From assembly GCA_017695115.1 (NCBI GenBank), contig JADILV010000035.1:4266-68265 (forward strand): a stretch of 64,000 nt of DNA, given 5' to 3'. The notes below the pieces were generated by a model. That model was not told the origin of the DNA. It did no database searches and worked only from the letters and a program-made list of their open reading frames with translations. Position 1 is the first letter of the stretch. Every line of letters begins with the position of its first letter. A program made the position numbers and the translations under genes. This document shows positions 46,133-55,575 of this stretch, one piece after another. The stretch comes from Candidatus Cryptobacteroides avicola. Lineage in GTDB: Bacteria; Bacteroidota; Bacteroidia; Bacteroidales; UBA932.

Positions 46133-47344
46133 TTAAAGGGCGCTTTTCAGCAGGGAGGCAAGCAGGATGATGCCCTCGCGTATCCTTTCCTTGCTCATAA
46201 AAGAGAAGTTCATTCTCATCGTATTCAGCCCGTCTTTTCCGGGGCAGCGTCTGCCGCTGATCCATTCTGTATTGAAAAAAGCTCCGGCCACGTATGCCAC
46301 ACCGCTGTCCAGGGCAATGTCGTAGAATTTCACCGAATCGAAGGATTCTGGAAGGGTGAGGAACAGGAACAGCCCGCCTTCCGGATGCGTCCATTTTACG
46401 GATGAAGGCATGTGTTCCTCAAGCATGGAGAGCATCAGGTCGCGCTTTTCCTTATACAGGCCGATGCTTTTCTTCAGGTTCCTGTCCAGAAGTCCGGAAG
46501 AGAGGAACTCAGCCGCCACATACTGGTCGAACACCGGAGGGCAGAGATCGAGGGACTGCTTGCATACGTATATTTTGTCCAGCAGGTCAGGATGCCCGAA
46601 AATCCAGCCCAAACGGAAGCCGGGAGCCATGATTTTCGAGAATGAGCCCAGATGGAGGACCCTGTCGGGATCGATTGAATACATTGTCGGTACGGATTCC
46701 CCTTCATATCTGAGTTCCCGGTATGGGCTGTCTTCCACGATTATGAATCCGTATTCCCGGGCCAGTTCTATCAGTATGCGTCTTTCTTCTATGGATAAAG
46801 TTTCCCCAGAAGGGTTCTGGAAATCGGGAATCATGTACAGGAACTTTATCTTCCTGCCTTCGGCCAATACTTCCTTGATCTTATCGGTATAGGCCCGGCG
46901 GAAAAGCTCTGGGTCATTTTCGTGTGCCACCCCCCTTATGTCGGCCCGGTAGGAACTGAATGACTGGAGCGCTCCGAGATATGAGGGGTTGGATGTGATG
47001 ATCACGTCTCCCGGGTCTGTCATGATACGGGTACAGACATCTATCCCCTGCTGTGAAGACGAGGTTATCTGTATGCGCTCCATCGGCACCCCGTATCGGT
47101 CGGAGAGTGCCTTCCGGAGTTCGGTGACGCCCTGGGTGGCTCCGTACTGGAAGGCCTGCCCCCGGTATTTCTCTATCACGCCGGACATTATTTCCCGGAA
47201 AGTGTCTAACGGGAACGTCTCGGCGCTCGGATATCCTCCGGCAAACGAATAGATGGAGTTCAGGTCCACCTTTTTGAATATGTCGCGTACCGGAGACCGG
47301 AAGAACGACCCTGTATCATCCGAGAAAAGATCAGTATATAGCAT
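46133..47344 (-). CDS. PLP-dependent class I/II aminotransferase; by context, the N-acyl-diaminopimelate aminotransferase step
   Basis: 403 aa. PLP-lysine motif SFSKIMAPGFRLGW. Sits between dapD and dapF. Confidence 0.75.
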   Translation of the reverse strand: MLYTDLFSDDTGSFFRSPVRDIFKKVDLNSIYSFAGGYPSAETFPLDTFREIMSGVIEKYRGQAFQYGATQGVTELRKALSDRYGVPMERIQITSSSQQGIDVCTRIMTDPGDVIITSNPSYLGALQSFSSYRADIRGVAHENDPELFRRAYTDKIKEVLAEGRKIKFLYMIPDFQNPSGETLSIEERRILIELAREYGFIIVEDSPYRELRYEGESVPTMYSIDPDRVLHLGSFSKIMAPGFRLGWIFGHPDLLDKIYVCKQSLDLCPPVFDQYVAAEFLSSGLLDRNLKKSIGLYKEKRDLMLSMLEEHMPSSVKWTHPEGGLFLFLTLPESFDSVKFYDIALDSGVAYVAGAFFNTEWISGRRCPGKDGLNTMRMNFSFMSKERIREGIILLASLLKSAL

Positions 47345-47370
47345 TTTTATGTGTTTTTATATCACTGGAG

Positions 47371-48147
47371 TCAGTCCCTCAAGACAGACTCCAGTGTGAC
47401 CGAACTGTCGGTCTTGCTGTCGCGGTATTTGACGATTACAGGCGTATAGAGATGGATACCTTTCTCTACGCCGGGACCTTTGGATACAGGACGGCTTCCT
47501 GCGACTACTACCGCGCCTTCCGGCACGACCATCTGCCCGTTTTCATCCGCCTTTATGAACTCGCCGGTGGTAGCATCGAAGATGGCGGTGGACGAGTTGA
47601 TTATCACTCCGGTTCCGATGACGGCATTCTCTTTTACGATAGTCCCTTCGTATATGCCGCAGTTGCCGCCGATGAAAACATTGTCCTCGATGATGACCGG
47701 AAGGGCTCCGACAGGTTCGAGTACGCCTCCGAGCTGTGAAGCCGCAGAAAGGTGGACATGCTTGCCCACCTGGGCGCAGGACCCTACGAGGGCATGGGAG
47801 TCTATCATGGTGTCAGAGTCTATATACGCCCCTATGTTTATATATGAAGGCGGCATGACAATGACTGACGGAGCAAGGTAGGCACCGCGGCGGATCGAGC
47901 TGCCGCCGGGGACGATGCGAACTTTGTCCTCTATCGACATTTTCCTCGCAGGTATGGTGTCTTTGTCGAAGAACGAGAATTCCCCCTGCGACATGTCTTT
48001 CATCTGTCCGTAACGGAAACCGCTGAGTATCACTTCCTTTATCCAGGCATTGACCTGCCATCGGCCGTTTTTCTTCTCTGCCACGCGGATTTCTCCCTTT
48101 TCCAGGGCCGCGCAGACTTCATGGAATTTTTCAAGTTCCGGGTTCAT
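47371..48147 (-). CDS. dapD: 2,3,4,5-tetrahydropyridine-2,6-dicarboxylate N-acyl(succinyl)transferase
   Basis: The N-terminus [30 protein letters not shown] parallels E. coli DapD, followed by hexapeptide repeats. The ATG at 48147 was chosen; the ORF is open to 48276 and would overlap dapA. Confidence 0.85.
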   Translation of the reverse strand: MNPELEKFHEVCAALEKGEIRVAEKKNGRWQVNAWIKEVILSGFRYGQMKDMSQGEFSFFDKDTIPARKMSIEDKVRIVPGGSSIRRGAYLAPSVIVMPPSYINIGAYIDSDTMIDSHALVGSCAQVGKHVHLSAASQLGGVLEPVGALPVIIEDNVFIGGNCGIYEGTIVKENAVIGTGVIINSSTAIFDATTGEFIKADENGQMVVPEGAVVVAGSRPVSKGPGVEKGIHLYTPVIVKYRDSKTDSSVTLESVLRD

Positions 48148-48230
48148 ATATGGTTTATTATAGTATTTCTGATAAATCCTCTGCCGGTGTCCCGTATGAC
48201 CGTAGTCCTTTCCCGGGGCGGACCTGCATG

Positions 48231-49112
48231 CTATAGAAGCCCCAGACCTTTGACTGTTTCCTGCATAAGTGCACAAGTCTTTTCCGATGCAGGGACAAGC
48301 GGAAGGCGGAGTTCATTATTTATGAGCCCCATCGCCGCAAGGGCCGCTTTGGCCGGGATAGGGTTGCTTTCCACGAAGCAGTTCCTGAACAGGGGAGTGA
48401 GGCGGTGATGGAGTCCGCGTGCCGTCACTATGTCGTTGTCCAGCAGGGCTTCGGCGAGTTCCGTCATCAGCTTCGGGGCTACATTTGAAGCTACGCTTAT
48501 GATTCCGTCGGCTCCGGTGGCCATCAGGGAGAGGGTCTCGTCGTCGTTCCCGCTCAGGACAGAGAATCCTTCAGGGGCGTTGCGGATGATTTCCGAAATC
48601 TGGGCATAGTTGCCTGAGGCTTCTTTTACGGCCACTATGTTTTCGATTTCCGCCAACCGCAATGTAGTTTCCGCCAGCATATTGGCTCCGGTGCGTCCCG
48701 GAACGTTGTATATTACTACGGGCTTGCCTGCGGCATCCGCGACGGCCTTGAAATACTCATACATGCCATGCTGGGTCGGCTTGTTGTAGTAAGGCACCAC
48801 TATCAGGAATGCGTCCGCGCCGTAAGGCTCCAGTGTCTTTATGCTTTTTATGGTCTGAACCAGAGAGTTGGTCCCGCCGCCTGCGATGATTTTCCTTCCG
48901 CAGCAGTGCTCCTTTGTCACTTCCAGGACCTTTATCCTTTCCTGCTCGTCCAGACACGGGGTTTCCCCTGTGGTGCCGAGCGGTACGAGAAAGTGGATTC
49001 CGGCTTCGGTCTGCCTTTGCAGCAGCCGTACGTATGCATCGTAGTCCACCTTTCCGTCCTTGAACGGGGTGACCAGCGCCGTGCCGCACCCTCTGAAACT
49101 GATGCTTTTCAT
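48231..49112 (-). CDS. dapA: 4-hydroxy-tetrahydrodipicolinate synthase
   Basis: Shows [10 protein letters not shown] and VPLGTTGE. The ATG at 49112 lies 10 nt after the dapB stop. Confidence 0.92.
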   Translation of the reverse strand: MKSISFRGCGTALVTPFKDGKVDYDAYVRLLQRQTEAGIHFLVPLGTTGETPCLDEQERIKVLEVTKEHCCGRKIIAGGGTNSLVQTIKSIKTLEPYGADAFLIVVPYYNKPTQHGMYEYFKAVADAAGKPVVIYNVPGRTGANMLAETTLRLAEIENIVAVKEASGNYAQISEIIRNAPEGFSVLSGNDDETLSLMATGADGIISVASNVAPKLMTELAEALLDNDIVTARGLHHRLTPLFRNCFVESNPIPAKAALAAMGLINNELRLPLVPASEKTCALMQETVKGLGLL

Positions 49113-49122
49113 ATCGTGTTTC

Positions 49123-49806
49123 CTATTCTGCTTTAAAGATGATGTCATGGAAATCATGTACTCCGCTAAGGTTCTCCGTTCTGAGCGCAGCCTCTACCGC
49201 ACCTGCGGCAAAACCCTCTCTGGAGAAGGCTTCATGAGTAATGGTTATCCTGTCATTCAGTCCTTCAAACCCGATGGAATGTATTCCAGGTATCTCACCG
49301 CAACGGACGGACTGGATGTCGATATGGGTGCCCATGTTGTTGTCGATTATCTCCGCGAGACTTTTTGCTGTCCCGCTCGGGGCGTCCAGCTTGTGGCAGT
49401 GGTGCTTTTCCACCATGTACGGGCTGTATCCTCCCGTGCTGGCCATCATTCTGGAAATGAAGTCGGTGACGGCGAAGAAGATATTCACTCCTATGGAGAA
49501 GTTGGATGCGTATATCATAGGGGTGCCGCATTTTTCGAAGTATGCAATGACCTCGTCCTTTATGTCGTTCCAGCCTGTGGTCCCGATCACCACGGCCTTG
49601 AAATTCTCTGCGAGAAACTTGTAATTCTCGCGGATTGCGGCCGGAGTGGTGAAATCTATGCAGACGCTTTCCTTTGCCAGAGCCTTGTCGAATGTCTTGA
49701 TGTCTTCGCTTTTGCCGGAACATTCGATACCTCTTTCGGCGAGAATTTTCTCGACCATGTGGCCCATCTTTCCGTATCCGCTGATGGCAATTTTAATGTT
49801 GTCCAT
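49123..49806 (-). CDS. dapB: 4-hydroxy-tetrahydrodipicolinate reductase
   Basis: 227 aa. Shows IAISGYGKMG and EKHHCHKLDAPSGTA. Confidence 0.9.
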   Translation of the reverse strand: MDNIKIAISGYGKMGHMVEKILAERGIECSGKSEDIKTFDKALAKESVCIDFTTPAAIRENYKFLAENFKAVVIGTTGWNDIKDEVIAYFEKCGTPMIYASNFSIGVNIFFAVTDFISRMMASTGGYSPYMVEKHHCHKLDAPSGTAKSLAEIIDNNMGTHIDIQSVRCGEIPGIHSIGFEGLNDRITITHEAFSREGFAAGAVEAALRTENLSGVHDFHDIIFKAE

Positions 49807-49816
49807 TGTACCTCCC

Positions 49817-51184
49817 TTATTTTTCCGGTGTATCCTCGAACAGGTAATGGTGGATTTCCTGCATTACGGTGTTGAGGGCTGTCCTGTCTACGACAAAACT
49901 GATGTTGACGTATGACGCGCCCTGGGATATCATGTATATCTTGCAGTCCCGCAGAGGGGCGAAGGTGTTTTTCAGCAGCCCGTTGAGATTGATGATGTTT
50001 TTCCCGATGACAGATATCTGTGACTTGTCGTTGTCCACTATGACGTCGGCGAACTCGGAAAGCTGCTTCACGACCCTGTCTATGTTCTGGCTGGAGTCAA
50101 CCGTCACGGAGATATTGGCTTCGGACGTACTTATCAGATCTACTGAAACCTTGTTTTCGCTGAAAATCTCGAATACCTTTTTCAGAAAGCCGGAAACGTT
50201 TATCATCTTGGTTGAGAAGATGTTGATGACATTGATGTTTTCCTTGCAGGAAATCGACTTCACCCCGTCTTCTATGAAAGAACTCTGGAGGATGGCCGTG
50301 CCTTTGCCTTCCGGATTCATCGAGTTCAGGACATAGAGAGGTATGTTCTTCTTTACGGCAGGCTCTATGGTAAGAGGATGCAGGACCTTTGCCCCGAAAT
50401 GCGCCATCTCGGCCGCCTCTTCGAATGATATCTTGTCCAGGCATTTGGTGTTCTGCACTCTGCGCGGGTCAGCCGTGCGGACTCCGTCCACGTCGGTCCA
50501 GATTTCTATGCGTTTTGCGTCCACCGCCATTCCTATGAGTGATGCGGAATAGTCGGAGCCTCCGCGTCCGAGCACGGTAGGCTCTCCGTCCGGAGTGGCT
50601 GAAACGAATCCTTGGGTGATTACGGTATCAGCCCCTTTGAATGCATCGCTGACGATTCCCGGGGTGCGCCTGATGATTTCCTCGCTGACCGGCTCTCCTT
50701 TCAGATAGTCTCTGGAAGTGATGATAATGCTGCGTGCGTCGATATAGTTGGTGACTATGCCGCGGGCATTCAGTGCGAAGCAGATGATGTTGGACGAGAG
50801 GTATTCTCCGTTGGAAATGATGACCGCCTTGCTCCTGTCCGAAAGTTCTCCGAGAGCACAGACCGCACTGACGAATTTACCCAGGCTGTCACAGATTTCA
50901 TTTACCTTGGCGCAAGCCTGTCCGCAAAGTGCGTCGTTTCCTTCCAGGAGTTCTTTTGCCAATGTTATATGCCTGTCCCTGAGCTGGTCCAGGAGATTTT
51001 CGACTTCGACGCGGTTCTTCGCTGCCGCTGCGTCCGAGAGTTTGTAAAGAAGGTCCGTGACTTTTGAAAGCGCGGAAACGACTACTACCGGTTTTTCGTC
51101 GAGTCGTCCGCGGATTATATCTATTGCGCGGGTGATTGCTTCACAGTTGGCGACGGATGTGCCGCCGAATTTCATGATGATCAT
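49817..51184 (-). CDS. lysC: Aspartate kinase (monofunctional, tandem ACT domains)
   Basis: 455 aa. Shows MKFGGTSV and GRGGSDYSA. Confidence 0.92.
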   Translation of the reverse strand: MIIMKFGGTSVANCEAITRAIDIIRGRLDEKPVVVVSALSKVTDLLYKLSDAAAAKNRVEVENLLDQLRDRHITLAKELLEGNDALCGQACAKVNEICDSLGKFVSAVCALGELSDRSKAVIISNGEYLSSNIICFALNARGIVTNYIDARSIIITSRDYLKGEPVSEEIIRRTPGIVSDAFKGADTVITQGFVSATPDGEPTVLGRGGSDYSASLIGMAVDAKRIEIWTDVDGVRTADPRRVQNTKCLDKISFEEAAEMAHFGAKVLHPLTIEPAVKKNIPLYVLNSMNPEGKGTAILQSSFIEDGVKSISCKENINVINIFSTKMINVSGFLKKVFEIFSENKVSVDLISTSEANISVTVDSSQNIDRVVKQLSEFADVIVDNDKSQISVIGKNIINLNGLLKNTFAPLRDCKIYMISQGASYVNISFVVDRTALNTVMQEIHHYLFEDTPEK

Positions 51185-51216
51185 ATAAAGTTTCTTTTTC
51201 CGTTAATTCAATGTTG

Positions 51217-52308
51217 TCACTTTTTGGGAGGTTCCGTATCGGCGGAAAGGAGCCTGAACATTTTCACATAGTTGTCGGCTGCCTGCCGTATGTCGCTGAG
51301 CCTTATTGACTCAAACGGAGTATGCGCTACAAGTATCGAGCCGGGGCCGCAGAGGATTTTCTCCTGAAAATTGGTCAGTTGCGGGGCGTCGCTTCCGAAT
51401 GATACCGTGGCTGTTTCAAATCCGTCCAGAACCTTGTATCCCATCGGGGTGTCCCCTCCGAAAGCCTCGATCTGCACGTCCTCTGCCTTCCATGATTCCA
51501 TCAGCCGGCATACCTCACAGTCGCCGGTGAATGTTGTCCTGAAGTAGAGCCGGAAAGAGAGTTCCGGGCTGAGGATATTCTGCGGGTTGTCGCTGGAGAG
51601 TTTCCCTACATTCCAGGTCGTCTTCCCCAGAATCGGGTCTTCCGGGAATTCCGTGTCCCTGAGCCTGTTCATGAAGTCCACGAATTTCTCCACGGCGCTT
51701 TCCCCGTACTGCGGGTAACCTGAGTGGAAGCTCTTGCCTTTTATCGTGACCTGGAACGACTTGGTGCCTTTGCTTGCGGAGACCATACGGTTGTCCGTAG
51801 GCTCTCCTACTATCACGACTCTGCCTCCTGGGTGTGCGGTTCTGAAGCTTTTCGCTCCGAAAGACCCTGTCTCTTCCCCGGCGAGAAGAAGCAGGCCGAA
51901 ACCTGTGCAGCCTTCCGTTTCAAGCTGTCTGCATGCGCAGTACATGGCGAATATCTGTCCCTTGGCATCGCAGCTGCCCCGGCCTTTTATTATAAGGTCA
52001 GCTCCTGATCCCATGGCTTGAGCCAATGCTTCAGGGGTGTCCTCCACCTGCGTTACACCTCTGTCAGTCTCTTTCCAGACTGTCGGAGGAATATACGGAG
52101 GCACCGTGTCCAGATGCGAGCAGAAAACTATTTCGGGCTTTCCCCAGGACAATAGCAGATTTTCCGTTCCGTCCCCGACTTCATACCTCGAAACCGAGCA
52201 TTTCGCTGTCGGGAGCGATCCGGCAAGAAACCCGGCAAAATCTCTCTCTCTTGACGAAGTAGAGTCGATGCCGAGCATCTGCATAAACAGGTTCAAATCC
52301 AGATCCAT
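51217..52308 (-). CDS. M20 family metallohydrolase (ArgE/DapE family); by context, the N-acyl-diaminopimelate deacylase
   Basis: Shows HLDTVP, GRGSCDAKG and LLLAGEETGS. The start at 52308 (MDLDLNLFMQMLGIDS) is supported by the -7 box at 52332-52339. The upstream TTG extension was rejected. Confidence 0.78.
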   Translation of the reverse strand: MDLDLNLFMQMLGIDSTSSRERDFAGFLAGSLPTAKCSVSRYEVGDGTENLLLSWGKPEIVFCSHLDTVPPYIPPTVWKETDRGVTQVEDTPEALAQAMGSGADLIIKGRGSCDAKGQIFAMYCACRQLETEGCTGFGLLLLAGEETGSFGAKSFRTAHPGGRVVIVGEPTDNRMVSASKGTKSFQVTIKGKSFHSGYPQYGESAVEKFVDFMNRLRDTEFPEDPILGKTTWNVGKLSSDNPQNILSPELSFRLYFRTTFTGDCEVCRLMESWKAEDVQIEAFGGDTPMGYKVLDGFETATVSFGSDAPQLTNFQEKILCGPGSILVAHTPFESIRLSDIRQAADNYVKMFRLLSADTEPPKK

Positions 52309-52331
52309 TGCTCCAAAATTCTCCAAACCTA

Positions 52332-52339
52332 CAAAAGTA
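52332..52339 (-). promoter_or_regulatory. Bacteroidota -7 box (TACTTTTG on the minus strand) for the lysine operon
   Basis: ~23 nt upstream of the ATG at 52308. Confidence 0.45.
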
Positions 52340-52686
52340 TTTATAATTTTTGAGGAAGCAAGGGGATAGCCGGATTTTTCATGGCCGACAATCATGACGC
52401 TGATTCTATCCCTGGGTATCCCCCATATCGCTGTCTCGGCACACCTGCGGTTGGACAAAACTGATAAGTGTATGGATGATAGAATGTTACAAAGATTCCT
52501 GCAGTTGGGTGTAATTCATAATGTTTTGAGAGTCACCTTGCTACGAGAAAACGCCTGCTGCAGGTGTGCAGTGGGCAGGCAGATGCAATTGAAGTCTGCC
52601 TGTCAGAAGTACCGGATGGTATGTTCATGAATGGAATAATATGCCTAAAAGAGTAGTTTCTGATTGAAGAATCAAATATATGAAAT

Positions 52687-52710
52687 CGCACTGAATTTAG
52701 TGCGTTTTTT
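52687..52710 (+). terminator. Orphan intrinsic terminator in plus orientation
   Basis: cgcact-gaattt-agtgcg followed by TTTTTT. No annotated plus-strand gene lies upstream of it. Confidence 0.5.
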
Positions 52711-52806
52711 ATGAAATATGCGCTGCTTTGAGTGCGATAATGGCTGCAAACGGCGCTGATGACCGGCATTTTTTGCAAGAAAGCATTGAAACCGGGGTAT
52801 TTGTAT

Positions 52807-52814
52807 TAATTTTG
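52807..52814 (+). promoter_or_regulatory. Bacteroidota -7 box (TAATTTTG)
   Basis: Ends 7 nt before the ATG at 52822, which implies a leaderless or near-leaderless mRNA. Confidence 0.4.
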
Positions 52815-52821
52815 CGGCCGC

Positions 52822-53178
52822 ATGAGGCAGAAGAAGCTTCACATATCGGCAAGACTCCTGCTCCTGGGTGTATTTCTGTACATTCAGGTATATCTGCCAT
52901 ATACTTCGCACGTCCATATAATAAACGGTGTCAGGATAGTGCACGCCCATCCGTTTTCGGGTGGCGCGGATCATGCACATGACGCCAGGTCATTGGCTGT
53001 CATAGATATCGCCAACCACCAGCCGTTCATAGATACGGAATATGCGGCGGTTCCGGAAGCGGAGGAAATCCTGCTTTCTTCCGGAAAGGCCGTGAAAGTT
53101 ACCGTAGCGGCCGTCTCGGTCTCTCCGCATGCCCCCAAGCATAGGGGGCCTCCGTCATTTTCTGCCGGTTGCGTGTAA
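52822..53178 (+). CDS. Small membrane-anchored histidine-rich protein (hypothetical)
   Basis: 118 aa. MRQKKLHISARLLLLGVFLYIQVYL is an anchor. It is followed by HVH-x8-HAH-x7-HAHD. The stop lies 77 nt upstream of the TonB-dependent receptor ATG on the same strand. Confidence 0.4.
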   Translation: MRQKKLHISARLLLLGVFLYIQVYLPYTSHVHIINGVRIVHAHPFSGGADHAHDARSLAVIDIANHQPFIDTEYAAVPEAEEILLSSGKAVKVTVAAVSVSPHAPKHRGPPSFSAGCV

Positions 53179-53255
53179 TGACGGGTTCCGGAAATTCAGG
53201 AAACCTGTCATCGAAGACTCTCTTTAAGTTTATATTTTCTCAGAATCAGACAGAA

Positions 53256-55562
53256 ATGACAAGATACAATATTTTTGTCATGGCGCTGCTGTTTTGCGCC
53301 ATGATGTTGTCCGCATCTGCCGCGGAACCCGAAGACTCGGAAAATGACCGTACCGATGCCAACATAGTAGGACATATACTCGATGCCTCTACCGGAGAGC
53401 ATGTGCCGTTCATGGATATAATCGTAGAAGGTACAATGATTTATACGATGGCTGATGCTACCGGCCATTATTTTTTGAAGGATATGCCGGAAGGAAAGCA
53501 TGTGATAAGGGTTTCAGGAATCGGCTATAAGACAGCACGGAAGGAAGTGGTGCTGGAAGGAGAAACGACCCTGGAACTGAATTTCGACCTGGAACCGGAT
53601 TCCGAAGCCCTGAATGAAGTCGTAGTTTCAGCCAGCCGTAGCGAGACCCTCCGCAAAATGTCCCCGACCCTCGTGAACGTGGTGAACGCCAAGATATTCA
53701 ATTATGCCAATGCCGCCAATCTGGCCGAAGGTGTCGTGTTCCAGCCCGGGGTAAGGGTGGAGAACAATTGCCAGAACTGCGGTTCGCAGCAGATCCGCAT
53801 AAACGGTCTGGAGGGGCCTTATACCCAGATACTGATTGATTCCAGACCGATATTCAGTGCATTGGCGGGGGTTTACGGGATCGAGCAGATACCTGCTGCT
53901 ATGATCGACAGGGTGGAAGTGGTCCGCGGGGGAGGCTCGGCCCTTTTCGGTGCGTCCGCCATTGCCGGGACCGTGAACGTGATAACCAAGGAGTCGGAGA
54001 GGAATACCGGGGAGATTTCCCATACTTCGGGCATAATCGGCAAAGGAGCTTTCGAAAGTAACACGAATATGAATGCGTCCATCGTGACAGATGACAACAA
54101 GGCCGGGTTGATGGTCTTCGGCCAGATGCGCAACCGGGAGGGCTACGACCACGATGGGGACGGATTTACCGAGATACCGGAACTGAAATCCTACAGCGCA
54201 GGCCTGCGTTCTTTCATAAGGACGGGAACCTATTCCCGCCTTAAATTGGAATACCACCATATCTACGAATACCGCAGGGGAGGGGATTCCCTGATGAAAC
54301 CTCCCCATGATGCCAATATCGCCGAGCAGGTAAGACATGACATCGATGCGGGAGGCCTCAGTTTCGACTACCTCAGTCCGGACGGGAAGAACAAGGTCTC
54401 CGCTTATGCTTCAGTCCAGCACATCAACCGGGAGAGCTACTATGGCATAAACAGGGACCCTGACGCCTACGGGGAGACCGTCGGCACCACATGGATTGCA
54501 GGAGGGCAGTACGTACGCAAGTTTGACAGATGTCTTTTCATGCCTTCGGATTTCACAGTGGGTATAGAGGCGACAGGTGACTATCTGCGGGACAACATGT
54601 GGGGATACCACAGGACGGTGCGGCAGGATGTCCATACCGGGAGCGTTCTTGCGCAGAATGAATGGAAGGACGAGAAGTGGAGCATCCTTGTCGGAGGAAG
54701 ACTGGACTTGCATTCCATGATGGATCATCCCATTTTCAGCCCGAGGGCCAATCTGAGGTTCAATCCCACGGAAAACATCAACCTGAGAGTGGGGTATTCT
54801 TCCGGATACAGGGCTCCGCAGGTGTTCGACGAGGATCTGCATATTTCGAATGTGGGAGGTGAGGTGCTGATGGTCAGGAACAGCAAAGACCTGAAGGAGG
54901 AGCGCTCCCACAATGTCACAGCTTCGGTAGACCTCTACGGGAACTTCGGGGACTGGCAGACGAATCTGCTCGTGGAAGGGTTCTTCAACCGTCTGGTAGG
55001 GGTGTTTGAACTTGGCTCCCCTGTCCTTGAAGACGATATCCTGTATCAGGAAAGGAGCAATGGTCCCGGGGCTTTCGTCGCAGGAGCGACACTGGAAGGG
55101 AAAGCGTCCTGTCGTAAATTGTTTTCCGTGCAGATGGGGATGACATGGCAGCAGAGCCGCTATGACGAACCCTACGCATGGAGCGAGACGGCCGCCCCGG
55201 TCACAAAGATGCTACGCAGCCCGGACCTGTACGGCTATATCACTGCAGAGGTCACTCCATACAGGACTCTGTCCGTAGCCCTCACCGGCACTTATACCGG
55301 CCCGATGCTGGTCAATCACTTTGCCGGATACATCCCGGAGGATATTGCCGTGGTGACTCCGGACTTTTTCGACATGGGTCTGAAAGTCTCGTATGACTTC
55401 AATCTTTACAATGCTTTCGCTGTCCAGCTCAATGCCGGAATACGCAATGTCTTCAATGCCTATCAGAAAGATTTCGACCAGGGGATCGACAGGGACGCCG
55501 GATATATTTACGGACCGTCCCTGCCGCGCAACTGTTTCGCCGGTATCAAGTTGATGTTCTGA
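53256..55562 (+). CDS. TonB-dependent receptor with an N-terminal CarboxypepD_reg-like domain
   Basis: Signal peptide MTRYNIFVMALLFCAMMLSASA, then NIVGHILDASTGEHVPFMDIIVEG, a plug domain (DRVEVVRGGGSALFGASAIAGTVNVIT) and a C-terminal barrel ending in ...AGIKLMF. Confidence 0.9.
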   Translation: MTRYNIFVMALLFCAMMLSASAAEPEDSENDRTDANIVGHILDASTGEHVPFMDIIVEGTMIYTMADATGHYFLKDMPEGKHVIRVSGIGYKTARKEVVLEGETTLELNFDLEPDSEALNEVVVSASRSETLRKMSPTLVNVVNAKIFNYANAANLAEGVVFQPGVRVENNCQNCGSQQIRINGLEGPYTQILIDSRPIFSALAGVYGIEQIPAAMIDRVEVVRGGGSALFGASAIAGTVNVITKESERNTGEISHTSGIIGKGAFESNTNMNASIVTDDNKAGLMVFGQMRNREGYDHDGDGFTEIPELKSYSAGLRSFIRTGTYSRLKLEYHHIYEYRRGGDSLMKPPHDANIAEQVRHDIDAGGLSFDYLSPDGKNKVSAYASVQHINRESYYGINRDPDAYGETVGTTWIAGGQYVRKFDRCLFMPSDFTVGIEATGDYLRDNMWGYHRTVRQDVHTGSVLAQNEWKDEKWSILVGGRLDLHSMMDHPIFSPRANLRFNPTENINLRVGYSSGYRAPQVFDEDLHISNVGGEVLMVRNSKDLKEERSHNVTASVDLYGNFGDWQTNLLVEGFFNRLVGVFELGSPVLEDDILYQERSNGPGAFVAGATLEGKASCRKLFSVQMGMTWQQSRYDEPYAWSETAAPVTKMLRSPDLYGYITAEVTPYRTLSVALTGTYTGPMLVNHFAGYIPEDIAVVTPDFFDMGLKVSYDFNLYNAFAVQLNAGIRNVFNAYQKDFDQGIDRDAGYIYGPSLPRNCFAGIKLMF

Positions 55563-55575
55563 CAGGGCCGGAATC

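Noticed and set aside
52439-52569. A perfect 10-bp inverted repeat (gcacacctgc / gcaggtgtgc) separated by 111 nt.
   Set aside because: A single 10-bp match at this distance is expected by chance several times in a 64-kb window. There is no supporting nested pairing.
52309-52640. A possible lysine (L-box) riboswitch upstream of the lysine biosynthesis operon.
   Set aside because: A consensus -7 box sits only ~23 nt from the first ATG, which leaves no room for an aptamer. Reading the minus strand, I could not find the conserved L-box core elements (GAGGCGC, GAGUA, CUGAAAGG or ACUGUCA) in a coherent arrangement. Only loose fragments such as GCCGAGACAG were seen. A cmscan run would be decisive.
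52500-52820. A cobalamin or TPP riboswitch upstream of the TonB-dependent receptor locus.
   Set aside because: No B12-box-like element (AGYCMGG..CC.GCC or GCCACUG) was seen. The TPP CUGAGA...CCUGAUCUGGAUAAUGCCAGCG core was also absent, apart from an isolated UGAGAG. This is not supportable by eye.
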